Shown: one piece after another, positions 38,200-48,619 of the stretch | Layout: every line of letters starts with the position of its first letter | Numbering within the stretch: the stretch's first letter is position 1 | DNA from: an uncultured Candidatus Binatia bacterium | Lineage (GTDB): Bacteria > Desulfobacterota > Binatia > UBA9968 > JAJDTQ01 | Length of the DNA: 64,000 nucleotides | Direction of reading: 5' to 3' | Assembly: GCA_964291295.2 (NCBI GenBank) | Contig: OZ219754.1 | Coordinates: forward strand, 3,104,001 to 3,168,000 | The notes under the pieces: model-generated | The model's input: only the letters and a program-made list of their open reading frames with translations | What the model was told of the DNA's origin: nothing | Database searches by the model: none | Made by a program: the position numbers and the translations under genes

Positions 38200-39778
38200 G
38201 CACCCGCTTGTCCACCTTGTCGCCCGAGGCGACCCTGGGCAATGCCTCCACCCGCTCCAGCCGATCGGGGCGCTTGAAAAGGGCCAGACCCTGGTCGCGC
38301 AGAAACGCCCAAACCTCCTCCAGGGTCAACGAGGCGCCGCGCTCCAGGACCACGCAGGCGGCGATGCGCTCGCCCATCTCCGGATCGGCGCAACCCACCA
38401 CCGCGGCCTCGCGCACCTTGGCGTGACGCACCAGCAGATTCTCGATGTCCGCCGGAAAGACATTCTGTCCGCCGCGAATGATGAGATCCTGGTCCCGGCC
38501 CATGAGATGGATGTGGCCGCCCTCGTCCATGCGGCCCCACTCCTGCAAGTCCAGGAACCCGTCGGCGCGCCGGCGCGCGTCAAGGTCCGGATTGTTGAAG
38601 AAGCGTGCGTCCGAGGGCAGTCCCCGGACCCACAGACGGCCGGTCTCGCCCCGGGGCACCTCCTGGCCGCCGGCGTCCATGATCCGCATCTCGTTGCCCT
38701 CCAGGGGCCGTCCCACCGAGCCGATGCGGACCTCCGGCGGGTCGTCCCAGGACGTGGCGCACAGGCCGCCGCAGTCCACGCTGCCGTAGCCCTGCATGAT
38801 GCGGCAACCCAGCCGCGCCTCGGCGGCGCGACCCACCTCCCCGGGCAGGGGCGAGCCGTGGCTGACGATGATGCGCAGGGAACCCAGGTCGAAGTCGTCC
38901 AGCCCCGTCAGGGCCAGCAACCGGGAGATCATGGTGGGGACCATGGGGAGCACGTTCACCCGCTCCCGGGCCACCGCCGCGCAAGTGTCGCGCGGGTCGA
39001 AGCGGTCCAGCAGCACGACCCGCGCTCCGGCCTGGCAGACGCCGTTGTACACCAAGCCGTCCGCCACTCCCGAAATGATGGCGGTGACCGCGGCCAGGGT
39101 ATCGTCAGCGCCCACGCGGAACCGCCGGAGGTGGAACCAGGCGGTGAGAAGGCGCGTGTAGAGGGGCACGGCCGCACACTTGGGGGTGCCCGTGGAGCCG
39201 CTGGTGGTGGCGAGCTGACAGATATCCTCGATGCCGTAGCGGGTGGCCGACAGGCGCTGCCGCCGTCCTGCGGACACCTTCGCCGCAAGCATCTCTTCAA
39301 GGGAAAGACAGCCGGCCGGAACCTCGTTCCAGGCCGCCAGCACATGGCGCAACTCCGGCACACGGACCTGCTCCAGCAGTTCGACGTGCCTGAACCCGCG
39401 ATAGGCCGCGGGAACAATGGCGGCCTCGGGACGGGTGAAGCGCAGGACAGGCTCCAGCTCCGCGCGCCGGAAGCCGGGAGCGACCGTCACCAGCCGGAGT
39501 CCCGCCTTCTCGCACGCAAGCCGGGCGAGAAAAAGCTCCGCGGAGTTGGGCATCTGGATGAGGACAGGGCTGTCGCGCTCCAGGCCCAGATCCAGCAGTC
39601 CCAGAGCCAGAGCGTCGGAAAGCTCCGCGACCTGCTCCCAGGACAAGCGCCGTCGCGTGTCCACCAGCGCCTCCTTCGAACCCGCGCGGCGCGCGTTGTC
39701 GTCGCAGAAGTCCGCCGCGGTCTTGAGCGGCATGTAGCGGGAGATGGCGTCCCGCAACGCCGTGCGTGGGTCCGACAT
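38162..39778 (-). CDS. AMP-binding acyl/aryl-CoA ligase
   Basis: TTSGSTGTPK, QGYGSVD, GRDQDLIIRGGQN and SGDKVDK. Confidence 0.88.
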   Translation of the reverse strand: MSDPRTALRDAISRYMPLKTAADFCDDNARRAGSKEALVDTRRRLSWEQVAELSDALALGLLDLGLERDSPVLIQMPNSAELFLARLACEKAGLRLVTVAPGFRRAELEPVLRFTRPEAAIVPAAYRGFRHVELLEQVRVPELRHVLAAWNEVPAGCLSLEEMLAAKVSAGRRQRLSATRYGIEDICQLATTSGSTGTPKCAAVPLYTRLLTAWFHLRRFRVGADDTLAAVTAIISGVADGLVYNGVCQAGARVVLLDRFDPRDTCAAVARERVNVLPMVPTMISRLLALTGLDDFDLGSLRIIVSHGSPLPGEVGRAAEARLGCRIMQGYGSVDCGGLCATSWDDPPEVRIGSVGRPLEGNEMRIMDAGGQEVPRGETGRLWVRGLPSDARFFNNPDLDARRRADGFLDLQEWGRMDEGGHIHLMGRDQDLIIRGGQNVFPADIENLLVRHAKVREAAVVGCADPEMGERIAACVVLERGASLTLEEVWAFLRDQGLALFKRPDRLERVEALPRVASGDKVDKRVLRQSLPWMGPGG

Positions 39779-40058
39779 GGAAGTCTCCGGCCGCGCGGCG
39801 CCAGAGCCGCCAGCCATCTCGCAGGGTCTTTGTACTGCACCCGCCGGACGCGCATCAACGGCCGGAAATGGACCGGCCGACTGTTTCGTAGTAGATTCCC
39901 GCCAGACCGGCCCCCGAGGAGAGCAGGGCGGTGCTGGACAAGGCCCACAACGCGGGTGGGGCAACTGGCGGGGACCTTCCCGGCGAGTGGTTCCCGGCGC
40001 ACCTCGCGGCCCGGTCCGCCAAGGCCTGGGCGCCGGTGCCACATCGGGAAGCCGTACC

Positions 40059-41150
40059 ATGACCGACACCGAACTCGCCGGGCTGGCCCGACGCATCAGG
40101 ACGTGGGGCCGCGAACTGGGGTTCCAGCAGGTGGGCATCACCGGCGTGGACCTGACCGAGGACGAGGCGTTGCTGGAACGCTGGCTGGCCGAGGGACGTC
40201 ACGGCGAGATGGCGTACATGGAACGGCACGGCTCCCGGCGCACGCGCCCGGCGGAACTGGTGCCGGGCACGGCCCGGGTGATATCCGCCCGCATGGATTA
40301 CCTCCCCGAGAGCGGCGCGGACCCGTGGCGGGTGCTCGGCGAGCCGCGCCTCGGCTACGTCTCCCGCCATGCGCTTGGCCGCGACTACCACCGGCTGCTG
40401 CGCAAGCGGCTGCAGGCGCTGGCGGACCGGATCGCCGCGGCCGCCGGCCCCTTCGGCTACCGGGTGTTCACCGACAGCGCGCCGGTGCTGGAGAAGCCGC
40501 TGGCGCGCAATGCCGGGCTGGGCTGGATCGGCAAGCACACCAATCTCATCAACACCCGCGCCGGCTCGTGGTTCTTCCTGGGCGAGATCTATACCGACCT
40601 GGCGCTGCCCACGGACGCTGCCGCCAAGGACCGCTGCGGCACCTGCCGCGCGTGCATCGACGTCTGCCCCACCGGCGCCATCACCGGGCCGTACCGGCTG
40701 GATGCCCGCCGGTGCATCTCCTACCTCACCATCGAGCTTCGCGGCTCCATTCCGGTGGAACTGCGGCCCCTGGTGGGGAACCGCATCTACGGCTGCGACG
40801 ACTGTCAGCTCGTCTGCCCCTGGAACCGTTACGCCCGCTTCACGGGCGAGGCCGGCTTCCGGCCCCGAAACGGGCTGGACGCGCCCGCGTTGCTGGAACT
40901 CCTTCGCTGGAGCGAGGCGGACTTCCTGCACTTCATGAACGGCAGCGCGACCCGCCGGATCGGCTGGGTCTGCTGGCTCCGCAACGTCGCCGTAGCCTTG
41001 GGCAACGCGCCCTACGATCCCCTCATCGTACAGGGACTGCGGCAACGATGCGCGCATCCGTCGCCGCTGGTGCGGGAGCACGTGGCCTGGGCCCTGGAAC
41101 AGCAGCATCGCAAGCGCCCCGGACCGCGGGCGGCCGCCGGAACGCCTTGA
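40059..41150 (+). CDS. queG: tRNA epoxyqueuosine(34) reductase
   Basis: GRDYH, DSAPVLE, GLGWIGK, CGTCRACIDVCPT, RCISYLTIE and GCDDCQLVCPWN. Confidence 0.96.
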   Translation: MTDTELAGLARRIRTWGRELGFQQVGITGVDLTEDEALLERWLAEGRHGEMAYMERHGSRRTRPAELVPGTARVISARMDYLPESGADPWRVLGEPRLGYVSRHALGRDYHRLLRKRLQALADRIAAAAGPFGYRVFTDSAPVLEKPLARNAGLGWIGKHTNLINTRAGSWFFLGEIYTDLALPTDAAAKDRCGTCRACIDVCPTGAITGPYRLDARRCISYLTIELRGSIPVELRPLVGNRIYGCDDCQLVCPWNRYARFTGEAGFRPRNGLDAPALLELLRWSEADFLHFMNGSATRRIGWVCWLRNVAVALGNAPYDPLIVQGLRQRCAHPSPLVREHVAWALEQQHRKRPGPRAAAGTP

Positions 41151-41193
41151 CGCCCCGCCAGGAATCTCGCCAACGGTTCAGGCCCGACCTCAT

Positions 41194-42009
41194 TCACCCG
41201 CGCCGGGACCGGACACGGCCAGGAACCTGGAAGACCTTCCCGTCCTCGAGACGCAGGGCCGTCAGCGGACCGCCCCAGACACAGCCGCTGTCGAGGCACA
41301 CGGTGCCGTTCTCGCGGTGGAGTCCCAGGGCTGCCCAGTGGCCGTAGAGAAGCGTTTCGTCCATGCGCCCGCGGCGCAGGGCGAACCAGGGACGGTACCC
41401 GGCGGGTGCGTCCGCCGGCACCCCCGAGAACGACAACGCCATGCGGCCGTCGGACGTGCAACAGCGCAGGCGCGTGAACACGCCGAGGATGCAATTCCAG
41501 CGCGCCGGTCCGGTCAGGTCTGTGGTCCATGCGGCGACCGAGTGAACGGTCTGTCGCCGCAGGAAGTCCCTGAAGTCGGGGCCGCGCATCCGCGACTCCA
41601 CTTCCCGCGCCAGTCCCACCGCCTCCGGGACGCTCCACTGCGGCAACACACCCGCGTGGGAAAGGACGTAGCCGTGCTCGCGGTGGATCAGCGGAAGACG
41701 GCGCAGCCAGTCCACGAGGGCGTCCCGGTCCGGGGCGCCCAGGACGTCGTCCAGACTGTCCCGCGGCCTGGCGAAGGAGATGGCTTCAGCGCGGCAAATG
41801 AGGTGGAGGTCATGGTTGCCGAGGACCGCGACCCCGCGGGACCCCAGCCCCTTGACGAAGCGCAGGACGGAGAGGGAGTCCGGTCCGCGGTTCACCAGAT
41901 CGCCGGCGAACCACAGCCGGTCGGCGGCCGGGTCGAAGCCGACGGCGTCCAGCAACCGCCGGAGGGCGTCGTAACAGCCCTGTATGTCGCCGATGGCGTA
42001 CGTGGCCAC
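41194..42009 (-). CDS. apaH: Symmetrical bis(5'-nucleosyl)-tetraphosphatase
   Basis: IGDIQGC, GDLVNRGPDSL, LGNHDLH, GHWAALG and LDSGCVWGG. Confidence 0.95.
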   Translation of the reverse strand: MATYAIGDIQGCYDALRRLLDAVGFDPAADRLWFAGDLVNRGPDSLSVLRFVKGLGSRGVAVLGNHDLHLICRAEAISFARPRDSLDDVLGAPDRDALVDWLRRLPLIHREHGYVLSHAGVLPQWSVPEAVGLAREVESRMRGPDFRDFLRRQTVHSVAAWTTDLTGPARWNCILGVFTRLRCCTSDGRMALSFSGVPADAPAGYRPWFALRRGRMDETLLYGHWAALGLHRENGTVCLDSGCVWGGPLTALRLEDGKVFQVPGRVRSRRG

Positions 42010-42149
42010 GATCTACGCCCGGATCCGCGAGGCGGGCCTTCCGTCACGGCGTTCTCCTCGTTCCCTGCGGCTGTCCCGCGCCTCCTGGCCACGCCTGCGG
42101 GCGCCGCAGGCCGGTGCGATGACGGCGTGCCGGCACTTCGAAGAGACCC

Positions 42150-42554
42150 CTATTCGTGCCCCTCCAGGTAGGTGATCAGGGTGAGGAAGGCCCCCTGCGG
42201 ATCCTGGATGACGCAGAACCGGCCGACGCCCGGGATGTCTTTCAGCGGCACGACGACTTCGCCTCCGAGTTCCCGGGCCTTCCCGGCCGCCGCCTCCACG
42301 TCGTCGACGGTCACATACGCGCCCCAGTTGGGTGGCATTCCCTGGGCCTGGGGCGGTATCGCCATGATTCCGCCGACCTCGGTCCCATCCACCTTCACGA
42401 CGTTGTATTCAAGGTCCTGGTTGTCTTCGAAGCACTCGTGGACCACCGTCTCCGTGGTCCACCCCAGGAGTTCGGAATAGAACCTCTTGGCCCCCTCCAC
42501 GTCCGTGGTCAACAGTTCACACCAACTGAAAGCTCCATGCTTCATGGCATTCAT
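42150..42554 (-). CDS. VOC family protein (glyoxalase/bleomycin-resistance-like)
   Basis: HGAFSWCEL, FYSELLGW, DIPGVGRF and DPQGA. Confidence 0.88.
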   Translation of the reverse strand: MNAMKHGAFSWCELLTTDVEGAKRFYSELLGWTTETVVHECFEDNQDLEYNVVKVDGTEVGGIMAIPPQAQGMPPNWGAYVTVDDVEAAAGKARELGGEVVVPLKDIPGVGRFCVIQDPQGAFLTLITYLEGHE

Positions 42555-42873
42555 GAACGACCCCCTTTCTTTCCCCGCACCGGGTGGTCTGTGGCACGCC
42601 GCCTGGCTGCGCCAGCCATCATATCACGTCCGTTGCCGGCGGCAACCGTCGTGCTGCCGAGCGGGACTGGATGCGCCCGCCGCTTCGCGACAGACTGTGC
42701 GCCCGTCCCACGGGCGTGTTCGGAGGCGTTTCGTGCCGGAGTTCCGGCCCGGGCGGCGTGCCTCCCGCCGCCGCGGGTGCGCATGCAAGGCACGGAAGCC
42801 TTCCGCGTCGACGGCCCCTTCAGGTCCCCCGCGTCCGGGAGGCGGCCGGCATGCGCAAGACACGCGCACCCGT

Positions 42874-44924
42874 CTACTCATGGCGCAGCGCTTCGATGGG
42901 GTTGAGCCGGGCGGCCCGGTTGGCGGGCTGGAAACCGAAGAACACGCCGATGACCGCCGCAAAGACGAAGGCCAGCAGGATGGAGCCGGCGGAGATGACG
43001 ATCTGCCAATCACCCATGTAGGAAAGGCCCAGGGAGGCCGCGGCGCCGGCGGCGATGCCCGTGATGCCACCCAGGAGGCTCAGCACCAGGGACTCGGTGA
43101 GAAACTGCCGGCGGATGTCCCGTCGTCTCGCTCCCACCGCCAGCCGCACGCCGATCTCCCGGGTACGTTCGGTCACCGATACCAGCATGATGTTCATGAT
43201 GCCGATACCGCCCACCAGAAGCGCCACGCCGGCGATGCCCGCGAGCAGGTAGCCCAGGGTGCTGGCGGCCTCGCTGGCCGCCTCGACGATGTCGGTACGG
43301 TTGCGGACCCGGAAGTCGTCCAGCTTGGTGCCGGTGATCTTGTGGCGAATCCTCAACAGCGCGGTGACCGCGTCCTGCACGTCCGAGGTGGCCTCCTTGC
43401 TCTCGGCGCTCACCTCGACGCCCCGAACGTGCCGGATGCCGAGCAGCTTTCGCTGGGCCGTCCGCAGCGGCACCAGGACCACGTCGTCGAGGTCGCCGGC
43501 GAACGACGAGGTGCCCCGCTCCTTCAGCACCCCCACCACCTCGAACGGAATGTGCTTGAGCCGGATGGTCTGACCGATGGGATAGTCGTCGCCGAATAGC
43601 TCCTTGACGACGGTCTGCCCGATGAGGGCCACCTTGCGGTTGAGCCGCATGTCCTCTTCCGTGAAGCTGTATCCCGACTCCACTCCCCAGTTCATGATCT
43701 GGAGATAGTCCGGAGTGGTACCCGTGAAGGCCGGATGCCAGTTCCTGTTGCCGTAGACCACCTGGGCCGAGCCCCGGACATGGGGAGCCACCCGGACCAC
43801 CCCCGGCACCTCCGCCAGAATGGCCCGGGCGTCCGCTTCGGTGAGGGTGGTGATGCGGGCACCGCGCACACGACGCCCGCCGCGGGTCACCGCGCCGGCA
43901 TGGACCGAGATGCGGTTGCTGCCCAGGCGCTCCATCTGCTTGGCCACCCTGGCCTTGGCCCCTTCCCCCAAGGCGACCATGGCGATGACCGCGCCGACGC
44001 CGATGATGACCCCCAGCATGGTCAATGCGGACCGGAGCTTGTTCACCCGTATGGCTCGCAGCGCGATGCGAACGTTGGCCCGGATATCGGCCCCCAGACG
44101 CTTCCTGCGGCGGCGGGGGCCGTCGCTGCCATCGCCGCCGCCGGCAGCATGGCCGTCCCCGGCTCCGGCACCCGCGCCGGTCACGGTGCCGGCCACCGCG
44201 AAAGACGAGCCGGGTGCGGCGGCTTCCGCCATGCTCCCGGCCTCCTCCCGCTCCACCCGGCCGTCCTTGAAATGAACGACGCGCTGCCCGTGGGAGGCCA
44301 CCGCGGGATCATGGGTGACGAAAACGACAGTGATGCCCCGCTCCCGGTTGAGGGTCTTGAACAATCGATGATCTCGGCGCCGGTGCGGGTATCGAGATTG
44401 CCGGTGGGTTCGTCGGCCAGGATGATGCGGGGGTCGTTGAGCAGCGCCCGGGCGATGGCGACCCGCTGCTGCTGGCCGCCCGACAACTGCGTGGGCCGGT
44501 GCGCCGCCCGGTCACCGAGTCCCACCAGATCCAGCATCGCCCGCGCCTTGCGTCGGCCCGCCGCCGGCGGTACGCCGTTGTAGAGGGACGGCAACTCGGC
44601 GTTCTCCAACGAGGTGGTGCGGGCCAGGAGGTTGTAGTTCTGGAAGACGAAGCCGATCTCGTGGTTGCGCAGGGCGGCCATCTCGTCGGATGACAGCTCG
44701 CCGACATCCCTACCGTTCAGGAGATACCGGCCCGAGGTCGGCCGGTCCAGAAAACCCAGGAGGTTCATCAGGGTGGACTTGCCGGAGCCCGAAGGCCCCA
44801 TGAGGGCCACCATCTCGCCCGCGAGAATCCGCAGAGAGACGCGCTTCAGCGCTTCCACCTTCTGCTCGCCAAGATCGTAGACCTTGGTGACCTCTTCCAC
44901 TTCGATGACGGGCGGGCGGTCCAC
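42874..44924 (-). pseudogene. macB: MacB-type ABC transporter (ATPase plus FtsX permease), frameshifted at about 44363
   Basis: [28 protein letters not shown]...EIID, then a shift to [13 protein letters not shown]; permease motifs LRSALTMLG and GIMNIMLVSVTERTREIG. One base is missing (GAT-TG-TTC). Confidence 0.85.
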
Positions 44925-44939
44925 GTGAATGGCGTCCTG

Positions 44940-46370
44940 TCAGAGGCCCCCGAGAATCCGCGAGCGCACGCGCGCGGTCGTGGTGGTGGCCCGTTTCATG
45001 GCCTCGGAGCGAATCCCCACGATGACCGGGTCGTCGGTCCGGAGACCCGAGACGATCTCCATGTTCCGGGCGTCGGTGGCGCCGAAACGGATGCGCTCCC
45101 GGACGGGCTTGCCGTCCCGGTAGACCCACACGGCCCCCCGCCCTTCCAGCAGCCTCCTGCGTCTTTGCTCGGCGCTGGGCCGCTGACCACGGCGCGGTCC
45201 GGCACGCCCGGGCAGGTCGGGGTAGAGCTTGCGGATATCCCGTCCGTTGACCCTCAACGCCGCGCTGGGAACAATGAGGACGTCCTGCCGCCGGGCCAGG
45301 ATGATGGTGACATTGGCGGTCATGCCGGGCTTGAGGGCCAGATCCCGGTTGCGCACCCGGATCTCGGTGTCGTAGGTGACGACGTTGTCCTTGATGAGCG
45401 GCGACGGGAAGATGCGTACCACCTTGCCCCTGAAGGTTCGGCCGGGAAACGAATCCACCTGGAACTCCACGTCCTGATCGACCTCGACCTTGCCGATGTC
45501 CGCCTCATCCACCCAGGCGTCCACCTTCATTTCCGCCAGCTCGGCGATTGTCACCAGCGGCGGCGACGACAGGCTCGCCGCCACCGTCTGCCCCGCCTCC
45601 ACGGTCTTCTGGATCACCACGCCGGAGATGGGCGCCCGGATGACGCTGCGGTCGAGCCGCACCCGCGCCATCTCCAGCTCGGCTTCCGCCTGCTGCACGT
45701 CGGCGCGGATGCCGGCGATGACCGCCCGCTTCACCTTGATCTCGTCAACCCGGGCGGACTCTTCCTTGAAACGGGCCGCCGCCCGTTCGTACTCCGCCTT
45801 GACGGATTCGTACTGCTCGCTTGAGATCAGGTTCCGTCCGATGAGATCCTTGTTGCGGCGGTGCTTCTCTTCCAGATTCCGGAACGCCGCCCGGGCACCG
45901 TCGATGCTGGCCGCGACGCGGGACTGCAGCATCGTGACCCCGGCCAGCTCCCGGGCGAGATTGGCCCTGGCCTTGGCCACCTTGGCTTCCGCCTGAAGCA
46001 CCTGCGCCCGGAACAGGTCCTGATCCAGCCGCGCAATGACGTCTCCCTTCTCGACCCTGGCGGGTACGTCCACCGGGAGATCCTTGATGGTGCCCGAAAC
46101 CTGGGTGGAAACGGTGACCGACGACACCGGATTCACCGTACCCGTGGTGGTGATGCGCGAGAAGATTTCGCCCGTCTCGACCTTGGCGAGCCGGAACGGA
46201 AACACCGCTTTCTCTTCCGCCGGAAGAAACCGGCGCGTGAGCGACGAGAGCCCCTCCCGGACAGAGCCGGCATGGCTCTCCACCCTCGCCGGCGCGTACC
46301 AGAACAGACCCGCGCCGCCGGCTCCCAGGAGAACCACGACCAAGGCCATTGTCCACAAGAACCGCTTCAT
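44940..46370 (-). CDS. macA: MacA-like efflux periplasmic adaptor
   Basis: TGTVNP, STQVSG, IRAPISG, GQTVAASL and LKPGMTA. Confidence 0.88.
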   Translation of the reverse strand: MKRFLWTMALVVVLLGAGGAGLFWYAPARVESHAGSVREGLSSLTRRFLPAEEKAVFPFRLAKVETGEIFSRITTTGTVNPVSSVTVSTQVSGTIKDLPVDVPARVEKGDVIARLDQDLFRAQVLQAEAKVAKARANLARELAGVTMLQSRVAASIDGARAAFRNLEEKHRRNKDLIGRNLISSEQYESVKAEYERAAARFKEESARVDEIKVKRAVIAGIRADVQQAEAELEMARVRLDRSVIRAPISGVVIQKTVEAGQTVAASLSSPPLVTIAELAEMKVDAWVDEADIGKVEVDQDVEFQVDSFPGRTFRGKVVRIFPSPLIKDNVVTYDTEIRVRNRDLALKPGMTANVTIILARRQDVLIVPSAALRVNGRDIRKLYPDLPGRAGPRRGQRPSAEQRRRRLLEGRGAVWVYRDGKPVRERIRFGATDARNMEIVSGLRTDDPVIVGIRSEAMKRATTTTARVRSRILGGL

Positions 46371-46438
46371 TCGTTTTGCTCCGGTGCCGCCATGACGCTC
46401 GAACCCATCCCATTGGACTGCGGATGGTTCCGCGAAGT

Positions 46439-46470
46439 GTTGCCCGGGGGTTGCCCGGGGGTTGCCCGGG
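46439..46470. repeat. 11-nt tandem repeat (GTTGCCCGGGG x3)
   Basis: Copies at 46439, 46450 and 46461 (the third is 10 nt). Confidence 0.9.
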
Positions 46471-46630
46471 CGCCCGCGACCTTTCCACCGGAGCATTGTA
46501 CCGCCCAAGGCGGGCAGAAAGAAACCGTCCCCGCAAGGGCCTTGGACCGCATCTGCTCTCGCCACCCGCGGTGGAATCTGATAGAGCATGCGAACGCACT
46601 ACCGTCTTGCCGCTCGCGGAGGCAACGCCG

Positions 46631-47524
46631 ATGTTCAGCACACGTTACGACTACAGTCCTATCATCCACCGGCCGCGACTGGAGTGGCCGGGGGAAGCGC
46701 GGGTGGCGCTCTGGCTGGGTCCGAACATCGAGTGCTTTCATATCGACAAGAGCCTGCCGAGAGTCTCCGAGCCACTGCCGGACGTGCCGTCCTACGCGCT
46801 CAGGGACTACGGCTCGCGAGTGGGCGTGTTCCGCATGATGGAGGTGTTCGACCGCTACGACATGCGGGCGAGCGTGCTGCTAAACGCCGAGGTCTGCTCC
46901 CGGCACCCGGCCATCATCGAGGAGGGCAACAAGCGCTCCTGGGAGTGGCTGGGCCACGGCATGAACAACAACACGCGGCTCAACGCCTACGGTGCCAAGA
47001 AGCAACGCAAGGTCATCCGCAAGGTCCGCGACATCATCGCCCACGCCACCGGCAAGGCTCCCAGGGGATGGCTGGGACCGGGACTCTCGGAGACTTGGGA
47101 CACCCCGGACTTCCTGGCCGCGGCGGGTTTCGAGTACCTGTGCGACTGGGGCTGCGACGACCAGCCGGTGCCCATGCGGGTGAAGGCCGGCCGCATGGTC
47201 ACGGTGCCGTATCAGCAGGGAATCAACGACATCTCCCTGTTCGTTCACGCCAACCACACGCCGGCGGACTACTACAGGATCGTCTGCGACCAGTTCGACA
47301 CCCTCTACCGGGACGGCCGGAACGGCGGGCGGGTCATGTGCATCCCGCTGCATCCCTACGTGACCGCGATGCCCTTCCGCATCGGCGCCCTGGACCGCGC
47401 CCTGGAACATATCTGCTCTCACGAGGGCGTATGGAAGACCACCGCGGGCGAGATCGCGGACTGGTACTACCAGCACTACTACAAGGCTCCGGACAGGCTG
47501 GACGCCTGGACGCCGGAGGGATGA
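46631..47524 (+). CDS. Polysaccharide deacetylase family protein (PuuE-like), paralog 1
   Basis: WPGEARVA, DYGSRVG, EWLGHG, GWLGP and PLHPY. Confidence 0.87.
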   Translation: MFSTRYDYSPIIHRPRLEWPGEARVALWLGPNIECFHIDKSLPRVSEPLPDVPSYALRDYGSRVGVFRMMEVFDRYDMRASVLLNAEVCSRHPAIIEEGNKRSWEWLGHGMNNNTRLNAYGAKKQRKVIRKVRDIIAHATGKAPRGWLGPGLSETWDTPDFLAAAGFEYLCDWGCDDQPVPMRVKAGRMVTVPYQQGINDISLFVHANHTPADYYRIVCDQFDTLYRDGRNGGRVMCIPLHPYVTAMPFRIGALDRALEHICSHEGVWKTTAGEIADWYYQHYYKAPDRLDAWTPEG

Positions 47525-47678
47525 GCCCTGGCCGGTCCGGCCCGGGAGGGAGGGTGCGGGGCATGGCGGAGTCGCGCCGCGGCCGCACGCCCTCCCCGCC
47601 GGCGGCGCGCATGACCGGAATGGGCATGGCTGCGGTAACCCGCCTGAGAGGCTCGACGGTCGAGCACCGGAGCACGAC

Positions 47679-48554
47679 ATGGAGAACCACCGCTACGACT
47701 ATCGACCCATCACGAAACGCCCCAGGCTCCGATGGCCCGGTGACGCCAGAATCGCCCTGTGGGTGTGCCCCAACATCGAATACTTCCACATCGATCAGCC
47801 CATCCCCAATTTCGGCATGTCCCGGGTGCCGGACGTGCGCGGCTACTCGCAACGCGACTACGGCGCACGGGTGGGCGTTTTCCGGATGATGGAGGTGCTG
47901 GACAAGCACGGCATCCGGGCCAGTGCCCCGTTGAACTCCGAGTGCTGCATCCACCAGGGGGAGATCATCGACGAGGGCCGCCGACGGGACTGGGAATGGC
48001 TCGGCCACGGCATCACCAACAACCTGCCCCTCACCGCCTATCCTGCCACGGAGGAGCGCTCGGTCATCCAGCAGGTCCGGGACGAGATCGCGGCGGCCAC
48101 CGGAAAGGCCCCCCGGGGCTGGCTCGGACCCGCCCTGGCCGAAACCTTCGACACCCCGGACCACCTGGCCGACGCGGGCTTCGACTACCTGTGCGACTGG
48201 GGCCTCGACGACCAACCCGTGCCCATGCGCGTGAAGACCGGGCGCATGATCGTGATGCCCTACGAGCAGGGCCTCAACGACATCAACTTCTTCCTGCGCT
48301 CCGACCACACGCCCCGGGAGTACTTCCGGCAGGTCTGCGACCAGTTCGACGTGCTCTACCGGGACGGCGAACGGAGCGGCACGGTGATGTGCCTTCCCCT
48401 GCATCCCTTCATCATCGGCGTCCCGCTCCGCATCCAGTACCTGGACCGCGCCCTGGAGTACATCCGCGCGCACGACGGCGTCTGGTTCGCCACCGGCGGC
48501 GAGATCGCGGACTGGTACTACGCGCACGGTCACGAAGACCCGGGCAGACCGTAG
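47679..48554 (+). CDS. Polysaccharide deacetylase family protein (PuuE-like), paralog 2
   Basis: WPGDARIA, DYGARVG, EWLGHG, GWLGP and PLHPF. Confidence 0.87.
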   Translation: MENHRYDYRPITKRPRLRWPGDARIALWVCPNIEYFHIDQPIPNFGMSRVPDVRGYSQRDYGARVGVFRMMEVLDKHGIRASAPLNSECCIHQGEIIDEGRRRDWEWLGHGITNNLPLTAYPATEERSVIQQVRDEIAAATGKAPRGWLGPALAETFDTPDHLADAGFDYLCDWGLDDQPVPMRVKTGRMIVMPYEQGLNDINFFLRSDHTPREYFRQVCDQFDVLYRDGERSGTVMCLPLHPFIIGVPLRIQYLDRALEYIRAHDGVWFATGGEIADWYYAHGHEDPGRP

Positions 48555-48619
48555 AACCGGACGCTCTCCCTGGCATCGTGGAAGATCGACGCCGAATTCC
48601 GGAGACCTCCCGAATTGCC

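Noticed and set aside
38423-41347. Long alternative ORFs (this 974-aa ORF, 24756-27089, 56425-58443, 61774-63894, 1105-3138 and others)
   Set aside because: Antisense or shifted-frame shadows of well-supported genes. They have no motifs and are expected at this GC content.
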